Assembly (NCBI GenBank): GCA_029855935.1
Contig: JAGSHN010000005.1
Span: 96,001 to 160,000 of the forward strand
Length of the DNA stretch: 64,000 nucleotides
Direction: 5' to 3'
Source: Candidatus Thorarchaeota archaeon
GTDB taxonomy: Archaea; Asgardarchaeota; Thorarchaeia; Thorarchaeales; Thorarchaeaceae
The notes beneath the pieces were generated by a model. The model saw nothing but the letters and a program-made list of their open reading frames with translations. It had not been told where the DNA came from and searched no databases. The position numbers and the translations under genes are program-made. Every line of letters starts with the position of its first letter. The first letter of the stretch is position 1. Positions 1 to 8,778 of this stretch are shown one piece after another.

Positions 1-1
1 A

Positions 2-418
2 GATGCGGAGAACCTGAGAGCTGCGAGCCAAGCCCTGCAGAGAGCCAGACTATTGATTTCCGATTTTGAGGATGCAGTGCGTTCAGCCAAGGCAGGAGAC
101 CTTGTGTACTTCGATCCGCCGTATGACCCAGTGAGTGACACAGCCGACTTCACATCATATACAGAGAGAGGGTTCGGAACCGAGGAGCAGAAGCGTCTTG
201 CAAGAGTATTCAGAGAGCTTGACGAACGGGGTTGTTTCGTACTTGAGAGTAATTCATCCACCGAGTTCATCACGAGGCTGTATTCAGACTATCACATCGT
301 ACAGGTGTTTGCGAAAAGAGCAATAAGCTCCGACGCCTCCACAAGGGGGCCCATCCAAGAGCTCATAATAAGAAACTATGAGATCACCACCCCCCAGACA
401 CGCATTGATGAGTTCTAG
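2..418 (+). CDS. Dam/DpnM-like DNA adenine methyltransferase, 5'-truncated by window edge
   Basis: Frame is open from nt 2 (DAENLRAASQALQRARLLISDFEDAV). Motif IV YFDPPY, then ADFTSY, F..EEQKRL, ESNS and IQELIIRNY, typical of the D12-class m6A MTase C-terminus. Confidence 0.9.
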   Translation, partial: DAENLRAASQALQRARLLISDFEDAVRSAKAGDLVYFDPPYDPVSDTADFTSYTERGFGTEEQKRLARVFRELDERGCFVLESNSSTEFITRLYSDYHIVQVFAKRAISSDASTRGPIQELIIRNYEITTPQTRIDEF

Positions 419-1917
419 GTCCGCTTGTGATAGATGAGGAGATAGTCATGAGTGATACTGAGAGGGGCCATGGGAGAGGTCGGTACTGGCGGATTGTCAT
501 TAGCCACAACCACAATTTCGCGAATATCGAGTGCTGGAATGGGCTCTCGCCAAACTTCAAGGGCAGGGCTAACAGTCATCCCGTCTATCCTGAAGTCACG
601 AGTGTGAATGACGAGATGACCTCCAGGAGCGACCCGCTGGATGCCGTGCCGGATGGCCATTCGAAGCGCATCCACATATTTCCTGATGCTTGAGGGGAGA
701 ATGGACTCCATAGATGATGACTTGATATATACTAAGTCGACTGGGAACTCATCTGGTTCAACGCAGTTTCTGATAGACGGAGAAACCACAATCTCTAGAG
801 TATCGGAGTCGCCCCCATATCGATAAGTAACATTCTGATCCATCAGAGAGGACTTCTCTGTACAAGGGAGAATCCAAGTCGTCTTACACTCGACCACAGG
901 GGGCTCCAGGTGGGTGGAAATGTAGCGATAGTTGATCCCCACATCCTGTCGCATTTCATCCGGGATGAGTGAAGTAGTTGGAGGCACAGTAGGATGGGAT
1001 TTCACGAACACAGCTAGATATTCGTGGGATAGTAGAAGGAAATTATGTTTCACACTGCGGGAATACCAGAAGCCAGTTGTACGACAGTTATGTTGCCGCT
1101 TGATTATCAGATCCTTGAGAAGAAAGCCTTCCCGGAGAAATGTTTCGATTGTCTGAAAGCCCAGAGGCACAACGTGTCGGTGTTTGCGGAGATCCCCAAT
1201 CAGAATTGCAGCATGCCCCAAGGATTTCAAGACGCGATAACATTCTCCAGCCACCACCTTCATACTCTCGACGAATGCGGTGGGATCCTGAAGCGATAGG
1301 TCGTTCTCAATACCTGATGTATACCGGACAATGTTGGCGTAGGGCGGATGTGTGCAGATCAGGTCAACGGTCCCGTCATCAATACAACGAAGGTCAAGCG
1401 CGTCACCGACCTCTACACAGGGTTCGTACGTCGTTGGCGGTGTTTCACTTGTCAGCGTCGTCTGCATAGCGTGGCCGAAGTCCAAGTTCTTCCTCGTAAG
1501 AAGAATCGCAGCAGGGTTTATGTCCAAGGCGATGCACCTTCGTCCTAGAAGCTTGGCCTCTATGGCGGTGGTTCCTCCACCACAGAACTGGTCTAGGACG
1601 AGGTCACCCGGGGAACTGTATCGCAGAATTATGTTTCTTGGAATGTAGGGGGACCAATTTCCCCGATAATTCCCGGAATGTGTCGCCCATTTGCCGCGTT
1701 GTCTGAAGCTCCACACGGTGGTGGTTTCCAAGTGAAAGTCCTTTGGAGCGTAATGAGTGATCTCCTGTGGTCGGAAGAGATTGAGATTAACACCTGTCTT
1801 CTCAATTATGGCCAGCTCAATCTCTCGAAGACTTACCGAGAACTTGCTCATTATCGCCTCATCAGACATCCCGCGCATCTTGGCGGCAAGAATCTCGTCA
1901 CTGAGGCTGCGGCTCAC
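415..1917 (-). CDS. N4/N6 DNA methyltransferase with degenerate second MTase-like domain
   Basis: TTVWSF, YRGNW, motif I DQFCGGGTT, motif IV THPPY, HEYLAVF. The C-terminal half repeats TTW...APGGHLVI...HDYLLIY. Confidence 0.8.
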   Translation of the reverse strand: MSRSLSDEILAAKMRGMSDEAIMSKFSVSLREIELAIIEKTGVNLNLFRPQEITHYAPKDFHLETTTVWSFRQRGKWATHSGNYRGNWSPYIPRNIILRYSSPGDLVLDQFCGGGTTAIEAKLLGRRCIALDINPAAILLTRKNLDFGHAMQTTLTSETPPTTYEPCVEVGDALDLRCIDDGTVDLICTHPPYANIVRYTSGIENDLSLQDPTAFVESMKVVAGECYRVLKSLGHAAILIGDLRKHRHVVPLGFQTIETFLREGFLLKDLIIKRQHNCRTTGFWYSRSVKHNFLLLSHEYLAVFVKSHPTVPPTTSLIPDEMRQDVGINYRYISTHLEPPVVECKTTWILPCTEKSSLMDQNVTYRYGGDSDTLEIVVSPSIRNCVEPDEFPVDLVYIKSSSMESILPSSIRKYVDALRMAIRHGIQRVAPGGHLVIHTRDFRIDGMTVSPALEVWREPIPALDIREIVVVANDNPPVPTSPMAPLSITHDYLLIYHKRT

Positions 1918-2035
1918 TTCCTGTTCACCCGACTGCTAGCTAGGTGAAACGCGAGTCTGATTAACACCACGCTTTCTTCACGATACCCAACCCATATAAC
2001 TGACGGGATCCAATAAGAAAGAGAGGGGAGAAACA

Positions 2036-3163
2036 ATGGAGGAAGAGGCAGAGGCGGGTGTCTTCGTCACCCTCTACGACCGGGAAACTCTTGAGATCTA
2101 CCTCAAGAACGGTGTATACGGGACGTTGATGCCTCCAGTTGACGGAATGACGCTTTCCCGCACTAGACATTTTCATACTCTCGGAGACTATTCATGCCTC
2201 CGTGGAGGTATGCACTTGTTCTTCTTCTTGAAACGGTTCATAGTCTACGGCGGGCGTATCAAGGGATCTAAGAAATACGGGGCGTTCTATTTGAATGGCA
2301 TGCAGAGCCCACTGGGAAAAGCGGCAGAGGCGCCATTGGTGTGGGACGAGTCAAATAGAAGTAGATATACACCAACCAGTGAAGAAGGGCTCTTCGAAGT
2401 ACCAGATGCTGGCCGACGCTGCCAGCCGTACTTGGTTCTGTTTGATGATGATAGTGGACTGAGAGGAAGAAAAATCCGGTCTGATGAACTCTATTTCAAA
2501 CTAGGGAGATTTCCATATCCACTACCCTCAAACTCTATCCAGGGAATGAGCTTCTGCGTTCTCACACCTGGTGAAACTGACATACTGTTGGATCTCATGA
2601 ACATGAGCGATGAGGTAGTCGACTATGCGAAAAGCCAAGAAATGAGGCTCGAAGACACGCCCACACCATTTCATCCAAAATGGGGAATTGGCAGTGTGAA
2701 GGAGGCGTACGAAGCTTACGAACTCTTGAAACAGAGGCATAGAGGTCGTGAAACAGAGGCCTTACTACGAGGTGACGTGCTCATAAATGAGGCGCATCTG
2801 GAGGCATCTGTTTTGGCCAACCCTGAACTGCTTCCCAGGGAGATGCAACCGCGCAACCATACTCTTAGCAGGCAAGTTCCTATCTCACCCTTCAAACCGT
2901 TTCAAATGGATAGAGCGGACATCTGCTACTATTCAAGAGAGGCCCCCATCGGCAATGGCACTTTGCCTAGTGTCATCATCGAATTGAAGATGAAGCAGGC
3001 AGGCAAAGCAGAAGTGGAGCAAGTCGAACGCTATCTGGATTGGCTATTCTTAGTTAGGCCAGAAGAGGCACGCCAAGTTCGTGCATTTCTGTATGCTCCA
3101 ATGTTTTCAAGAAGAGCTGAGGTAACGAAACATAGGGGACAGGTCAACCTCATTACCTTCTAG
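2036..3163 (+). CDS. PD-(D/E)xK (NucS/RecB-like) endonuclease with N-terminal PUA/EVE-like domain; candidate restriction enzyme
   Basis: C-terminal NEAHLE...RADI...IIELK...EQVERY pattern; adjacent to two MTases. Confidence 0.65.
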   Translation: MEEEAEAGVFVTLYDRETLEIYLKNGVYGTLMPPVDGMTLSRTRHFHTLGDYSCLRGGMHLFFFLKRFIVYGGRIKGSKKYGAFYLNGMQSPLGKAAEAPLVWDESNRSRYTPTSEEGLFEVPDAGRRCQPYLVLFDDDSGLRGRKIRSDELYFKLGRFPYPLPSNSIQGMSFCVLTPGETDILLDLMNMSDEVVDYAKSQEMRLEDTPTPFHPKWGIGSVKEAYEAYELLKQRHRGRETEALLRGDVLINEAHLEASVLANPELLPREMQPRNHTLSRQVPISPFKPFQMDRADICYYSREAPIGNGTLPSVIIELKMKQAGKAEVEQVERYLDWLFLVRPEEARQVRAFLYAPMFSRRAEVTKHRGQVNLITF

Positions 3164-3247
3164 AAGATCTAGAGCACCCGAGAAAAGCAACGAAAATAAA
3201 GATCGCCGCAGCTCTGCCCACATAGTGATTCGACACTGAGGGAAGCA

Positions 3248-4456
3248 GTGATGGTATGGGATCTTATTATCGCCGGGGGAGGCCCGGCCGGTGCAACCTG
3301 TGCACGGAGAGCAGCGCAACTCGGCCTTGACGTGCTCCTAATCGAGAAACAGAATCACCCACGCAGAAAGGCGTGTGGCGGTGGACTGACTCCGCGTGTT
3401 GGAGATGCACTGGACTTGGACTTCTCGCCCGTGGTCGAGAGGGAACAAGGAGGACTCAGACTGTTCTCGCCATCGGGCCTCGCAGTCACCGAGAAACGGG
3501 CGGAGCTCACTGGCTACTTGGTCAGAAGAGAGGACTTCGATCACCTCCTGTTGAAGAAGGCAGAGGAGGCGGGGGCAACCGTATTGGAGGGGATCACCGT
3601 TCTGGACGTCATAGAGACCAGCAGCGGTGTTGATGTCGTCACCGATGACAAGACGTACACTGCACGACTGCTTGTGGGTGCGGATGGGGTCAACAGTACT
3701 GTGGCACGAAGAACGCAACTCAAGCCGAGGTGGAGAGATGACGAGATCTGCCTGTGCATAGAGGCCTCGGTGCCTATGGACTCATCAGACATTGAGAGGA
3801 TATTTGCTATTCCAGACAGCAGTGGTAGGGTCTTCATCGAGATCTATTTTGGCGCCCTGCGACACGGTTATGCGTGGGCCTTCCCGAAGAGAGAAGAGAT
3901 CAGCCTGGGAATTGGGGTCCTGGTCAGCGAGCTTGAAGACCTTAGGGGCGTGTGGAAACGATTCGTTGCATCGTTTGAGGACAGATATGGTGTGAGGGTT
4001 GACCTTTCAAACACAACAGCAGCGCGTGTGCCGCTCAAGGGCCCCATCAAGAACACTGTGACGAAGCGAGTGATGCTGGTCGGTGATGCTGGGGGCTTTG
4101 TGTCACCCGCCACTGGTGAGGGGATATACTACGCTATAGAAACTGGCAGGCTTGCGGCAGAAGTCTCCAAGGAGATACTGAGTGGTGCAGAGGGTATGAC
4201 GACGCAGACCTATCAGCAGAGATGGAGAAGAGCGTTCGGGAAAGACCTTGATGTCGCGAACTTCCTAGCAGGCATGATGTTCCATTCCATCGAGAATATG
4301 GAGGCGGTCTGCAGGATGGCACATGACGACCCAGTCATGCGCAGTCACACGTTCGAGATGATCACTGGAGCAGTGACTTACAAGGAGTCCAGGAACAGAC
4401 TGATCAAGAGGATGTTGCGAAAGCATCTTGGGACTGCCGTCAAGATGGTGTTGTGA
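3248..4456 (+). CDS. Geranylgeranyl reductase family FAD-dependent oxidoreductase
   Basis: GGGPAG, KACGGG, GADG, GYAWAFP, GDAGG.V.P.TGEGIYYA. Confidence 0.9.
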   Translation: MMVWDLIIAGGGPAGATCARRAAQLGLDVLLIEKQNHPRRKACGGGLTPRVGDALDLDFSPVVEREQGGLRLFSPSGLAVTEKRAELTGYLVRREDFDHLLLKKAEEAGATVLEGITVLDVIETSSGVDVVTDDKTYTARLLVGADGVNSTVARRTQLKPRWRDDEICLCIEASVPMDSSDIERIFAIPDSSGRVFIEIYFGALRHGYAWAFPKREEISLGIGVLVSELEDLRGVWKRFVASFEDRYGVRVDLSNTTAARVPLKGPIKNTVTKRVMLVGDAGGFVSPATGEGIYYAIETGRLAAEVSKEILSGAEGMTTQTYQQRWRRAFGKDLDVANFLAGMMFHSIENMEAVCRMAHDDPVMRSHTFEMITGAVTYKESRNRLIKRMLRKHLGTAVKMVL

Positions 4457-4510
4457 AGAGAGGGGGTTGCGCGGCATGAGATTCATGCCGCATACTACGG
4501 AGGACTGACA

Positions 4511-6091
4511 CTAGTCCTCAGCATCACCCTTGCGATAGGACTCGGCCAACAGGTCTGGCAGATACCTTGTCGCGATGTCTGTGCCCTTTAGAATGTCCCG
4601 AATCTGGATTGTGCAGAAGGGGCACTCGGTTGCGACCATGTCAGCACCAGTGGCTTCGATGTAGCCCCGTTTTCGGGCGGCAATCTTCATGGAGATCTCA
4701 CGTTGACCCGCACGGACACCTCCACCTGCACCACAGCACCGATTCTTGTACGGGTCGTCGATGTATTCAACGCCCGGAATCATCTGCAGGAGTTCGATGG
4801 GCTGCTCGACAACCCCCTGACCACGGCCGAGATGGCAGGGCTCGTGGTAGGTCACTCTCAGATTGACCTCACCCTTCGGTGGGACTATGTTGTCCTTTCC
4901 GAGAACATCAATCAGGTATTCGGCGAGGTCGTACACCTTGAACTTCGGTGGCTCGCCGCGCTCGCTCTCAATGAAGGGACGATGATCCTCGCGGAGCGTC
5001 TTTCCACAGCCTGCACAGGCGACGACAACTGTGTCGAGGTCATACTCTTCCATCACTCTCTCGAATATCTCCGTCACACGCCGTGCAGCATCGTGGGCGG
5101 TTTCAAGATCGCCAGTACGGAAGGCAGGGCTCGCGCAGCACCACTGCTCCTTCGGCACAATCACATCAATACCGTTACGATTTAGTACCTCAATGAGCGA
5201 GCGGCCCGTGTCCTGCATCCTGTAGTCAATCAGACATCCTGTGAAGAAAGCAACACGGCCCCGTGGGTTCTCGACCAGAAACTCCTCAGACTCCAGACTC
5301 TTCAGAAGGGGAGTGTCCTTCTCTGGGACAGAACGGCCAGTCCGGTTTATGCTATCGATGAAGCCCTGCTGACCCTCCACCAGTGGGTAGCCGGCCTCGA
5401 CAGCCTTTGCCCGCAGCAACTCCACAGCCAAGCTGGGAATCTTGATGTGTTTCGGACAGCTGTCCTCGCACATCTTGCAGGTGGTGCACATGTAGACTGC
5501 CTCATCAAGAGCCATACTGATACGGTCCTCCACGTCGCGCGGGTCCATCTCAAGACGTGCCAGCTGGCGGATTATCATGGGACCGGCATAGTCCCAAGTT
5601 TCGCGCACAACAGGGCAGTTGGACAGACAGGCACTGCACTCTATGCACTTCCGCAACTCTCGAACAATCTCAATGTCCTGCTGATGGATTATCTCGGGAC
5701 GTGGTGCAGGCTTGTCCCGCGCAACGTATGGACGCACACGGGTCAATCGTGCCTGAGTCCGTGACATATCCACGACGAGGTCCTTGATCACCGGCATCTT
5801 CTCAAGAGGCTCTAGAACGAGATCTTGGTCTGGGTCGACCTTGGCACGACATGCGAGACGTGCTATAGTGTTCACCCTGACGGCACAAGAACCACACTGA
5901 CCACCTCGACACTCCCATCGGAAGGCAAGGCTGGAGTCGTACTTATCTTGAATGTAGAGGAGGGCGTCGAGAACAGTCATCCCGGGCTCGTACTCAACGT
6001 CAAACTCTTGGAAGTGGGGAGCATCATCAATATCGGGGTTGTATCGCAGAACCTTTGCCTTGAACGTTCTTGCCACTGGTATCGCCTCCAA
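4511..6091 (-). CDS. tfrB: Thiol:fumarate reductase Fe-S subunit (SdhB-like + HdrD-like CCG domains)
   Basis: CRGGQCGSC, CIECSACLSNCP, CTTCKMCEDSCP, plus CCG-domain motifs FTGC, WCCA, ACAGC, YHEPCH, RCCGAGGG, ECPFC. Confidence 0.85.
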   Translation of the reverse strand: MEAIPVARTFKAKVLRYNPDIDDAPHFQEFDVEYEPGMTVLDALLYIQDKYDSSLAFRWECRGGQCGSCAVRVNTIARLACRAKVDPDQDLVLEPLEKMPVIKDLVVDMSRTQARLTRVRPYVARDKPAPRPEIIHQQDIEIVRELRKCIECSACLSNCPVVRETWDYAGPMIIRQLARLEMDPRDVEDRISMALDEAVYMCTTCKMCEDSCPKHIKIPSLAVELLRAKAVEAGYPLVEGQQGFIDSINRTGRSVPEKDTPLLKSLESEEFLVENPRGRVAFFTGCLIDYRMQDTGRSLIEVLNRNGIDVIVPKEQWCCASPAFRTGDLETAHDAARRVTEIFERVMEEYDLDTVVVACAGCGKTLREDHRPFIESERGEPPKFKVYDLAEYLIDVLGKDNIVPPKGEVNLRVTYHEPCHLGRGQGVVEQPIELLQMIPGVEYIDDPYKNRCCGAGGGVRAGQREISMKIAARKRGYIEATGADMVATECPFCTIQIRDILKGTDIATRYLPDLLAESYRKGDAED

Positions 6092-7780
6092 CTATGGCGG
6101 ATTCATCCGCGTGATGACGAGCGGCACCTTCTGGAGTTCCATCTCTCCATCCTCACCCTTCCGGATGACAATGTTGTAGTTGCCGTCGTCGTTCGGGTCA
6201 GCATCAGTGCGATAGTGCGCACCACGGCTGCCCTTTCTCATCAGTGCTGCCTCGGTTACCATCCGGGCAGTGATCACCATATGGCCAAACTCAATTGCTT
6301 GATGCCATCCAGGGTTAAAGCGCCTGATTGGCACATCCACCTTGATCTTGGGAACAACCTCTCTCTCAATGCGGCGGAGCTCTCTGACGGCGTACTGAAG
6401 GTCTTCCTCATTGCGGAAGATCTGCACCTTCTCCCACATCAGCGTTGTCAGTTCCTCGCGAGCATCGGCAGGAGAGATTCCCTCTTTGCGCTCGAGCATA
6501 GCCTGAAGCCGCTCGAACTCGCTCTGAACCTCAGACCTATCAAAGCCGGGCAGGTCGTGCTCCAGAGCGAAGAGCGCTGCATTCTTTCCGGCGAGAGCAC
6601 CGAACACTTGCGTGTCAGCCAGTGCATTTCCTCCGAGGCGGTTTCCGCCGTGGACACCACCAGTACACTCGCCAGCAGCAAACAGACCGGGGATGGTCGA
6701 TTGGGCATTCGTGTCAATCCTGATTCCGCCCATAAAGTGATGAGCTGTCGGGGAAACCTGCATTGGCTCCTCACGGATGTCCACACCCGCATCCTCAAAC
6801 TGCTCAATCATGCTCTCTAGACGAAACTCAATCACAGAACGAGGTAGGTGAGCAATACTCAGATACACACCGCCATCTGGTGTGCCTCGGCCCTCTAGGA
6901 CCTCTGTCATTATTGAACGTGCGACTTGGTCCCGGCCCGCAAGCTCCATCACCTGTGGGTAGTAGCGGCTCATAAACCGCTCACCGCGATTGTTCAGCAG
7001 AATACCACCCTCACCACGGACAGCCTCTGTGACAAGACGGCCCTTGGCCGACTCGGGTTTGACCATGCCGGTGGGGTGGAACTGAACCATCTCCATGTCT
7101 ATCAGCTCGCAGCCCGCCTCATAGGCCATGGCGTAGCCGTCTCCGACATCGAGCTGGGCGTTGCTCGTGACCTTGAAGATTCGTCCTGCGCCGCCAGTCG
7201 CCATCACGACAGACTTTGCTCTGAAGACAAGGTAGTCACCGTGCCTCATGTCAATGGCAGTCACACCAGCAATACGTCCGTCGTGAACCAGAAGCTTGGT
7301 CGCAAAGACCTCATCAAACACACGTACAGAGGTCCTACGAATTGCCTCCACAAGCGTGACCATAATCTCAGAGCCTGTACGGTCGGACGCATACGCAGTT
7401 CGACGGTAGCTCTGTTTTCCAAAGGGGCGCTGCGCAATCTTGCCCTCAGGTGTTCGGTCGAAGACTGCGCCCATCTCCTCAAGGTCGTATATTCGCTCAG
7501 GTGCATCGTGAACCAGAATCTCGACAAGCTCTTGGTTGTTGAGGTAGTTTCCGCCAACTACTGTGTCACGAAAATGAACGTCAGGGTTGTCGTCGGGGTC
7601 GACATTTCCGATTGCAACGTTGTATCCGCCCTCGGCCATGGAGGTGTGCGCCTTGCCGACAAGCTCCTTGCTAATCATGACAACATCCACGTTATGCTTT
7701 GCTGCCTCAATTGCCGCGCGGCAGCCAGCACCACCAGCACCGACAACGAGGACATCACAGACGATGGTCTTGTACTCCAA
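6092..7780 (-). CDS. tfrA: Fumarate reductase/succinate dehydrogenase flavoprotein (TfrA-like)
   Basis: GAGGAG, KAHTSMAEGG, QFHPTG, EAVRGEG, HHFMGG, HGGNRLGGNAL, SRGAHYR. Stop abuts the tfrB TTG start. Confidence 0.9.
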   Translation of the reverse strand: MEYKTIVCDVLVVGAGGAGCRAAIEAAKHNVDVVMISKELVGKAHTSMAEGGYNVAIGNVDPDDNPDVHFRDTVVGGNYLNNQELVEILVHDAPERIYDLEEMGAVFDRTPEGKIAQRPFGKQSYRRTAYASDRTGSEIMVTLVEAIRRTSVRVFDEVFATKLLVHDGRIAGVTAIDMRHGDYLVFRAKSVVMATGGAGRIFKVTSNAQLDVGDGYAMAYEAGCELIDMEMVQFHPTGMVKPESAKGRLVTEAVRGEGGILLNNRGERFMSRYYPQVMELAGRDQVARSIMTEVLEGRGTPDGGVYLSIAHLPRSVIEFRLESMIEQFEDAGVDIREEPMQVSPTAHHFMGGIRIDTNAQSTIPGLFAAGECTGGVHGGNRLGGNALADTQVFGALAGKNAALFALEHDLPGFDRSEVQSEFERLQAMLERKEGISPADAREELTTLMWEKVQIFRNEEDLQYAVRELRRIEREVVPKIKVDVPIRRFNPGWHQAIEFGHMVITARMVTEAALMRKGSRGAHYRTDADPNDDGNYNIVIRKGEDGEMELQKVPLVITRMNPP

Positions 7781-7965
7781 CTGCAGGCCTCCGATTGATG
7801 GCTCAATCGTCTGCCCCGCATCGCATTCGGTTTAAAGTTGTTACTGTTTGCGGCCAGAAACGACAGGGCCTCTCGTGAGTGCTACCTCTAGGCCTAGTTA
7901 TGGACATCCGAGCTATGTCTATATTCATCTTGATCAGATGTATCATAGTGTCAGGGGGTCAGTGG

Positions 7966-8067
7966 ATGAAAGCAGGGGACATTCTGCTGGGGATAGCCCT
8001 GTTCGTAGTGATACTGGTGATCCTATACGGCATATCAATACAGGTACTTAGCGCCCTTGGGCGATAG
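7966..8067 (+). CDS. Possible 33-aa single-pass membrane microprotein
   Basis: MKAGDILLGIALFVVILVILYGISIQVLSALGR fills an otherwise empty intergenic gap; G-rich stretch upstream. Confidence 0.4.
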   Translation: MKAGDILLGIALFVVILVILYGISIQVLSALGR

Positions 8068-8123
8068 ATGACTGAGTTCAGCCTCAAGAGAAGTGGGCAG
8101 CAATGTTCGTCTGGCGGAAATAG

Positions 8124-8146
8124 GGGCGGCAGAGAGCCTGTCGCCC
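8124..8146. terminator. GC-rich hairpin between convergent ORFs
   Basis: gggcggcag-agagc-ctgtcgccc, 9-bp stem with one GU pair. Confidence 0.3.
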
Positions 8147-8168
8147 ACTTACCCCAGTCTGACTGCTT

Positions 8169-8777
8169 TCACTCGGAGATGCCAATCTTGGCATAGACCT
8201 CTGAGCGTACAGACGCCACCTTCCTGTCCATCTCATCGTGGAGGCTGTTGCCGTGGGAGTCCATGGTGACCAGAAGTGGACCGAAGTTCTCTGCAGTGAT
8301 CACCCACAGAGCCTCAGGCATTCCCAAGTCCCGCCATTCATAGGCACGTACCTCCTTCAGCCCTCTTGCAGCGAGAGCCCCACAGCCTCCAGTGAAGCTG
8401 CAGTACACGGCACCAACCTCCTTCAGTGCCTCGAGTGTCTTGGGGCCCATTCCACCCTTCCCGATTATGATTCGGGGCTTGTACTTGCGGAGGAACTCCG
8501 CCTCGAACAGCTCCATCCTGATGCTCGTTGTGGGACCAGCTGATACAATCTGCCACTTCCCGTCTATCTGTCTGGCCACAGGCCCGACATGATACACGAC
8601 GCTGCCCTCGAACTCGACAGGGGGTTTCTCGCCCTTCTCGTATAGTTCGAGCGCCCTCTGGTGCGCCTCATCTCTTGCAGTATAGACATGCTCACCGGAC
8701 ACGTAGACGATATCGCCCACTCTTAGTCTTCGAGCCTCCTCTTCCGAGATTGGAGTTGTCAGATGATACTCAGCCAT
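8169..8777 (-). CDS. Class I fumarate hydratase/tartrate dehydratase beta subunit
   Basis: TARDEAH, GPTTSIRM, IGKGGM, LGMPEA, MDSHGNSL. Start reassigned to MAEYHL at 8777. Confidence 0.92.
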   Translation of the reverse strand: MAEYHLTTPISEEEARRLRVGDIVYVSGEHVYTARDEAHQRALELYEKGEKPPVEFEGSVVYHVGPVARQIDGKWQIVSAGPTTSIRMELFEAEFLRKYKPRIIIGKGGMGPKTLEALKEVGAVYCSFTGGCGALAARGLKEVRAYEWRDLGMPEALWVITAENFGPLLVTMDSHGNSLHDEMDRKVASVRSEVYAKIGISE

Positions 8778-8778
8778 T

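Noticed and set aside
5825-7798. Long + strand ORFs (331 and 290 aa) antisense to tfrA
   Set aside because: Antisense shadows with no recognisable domains.
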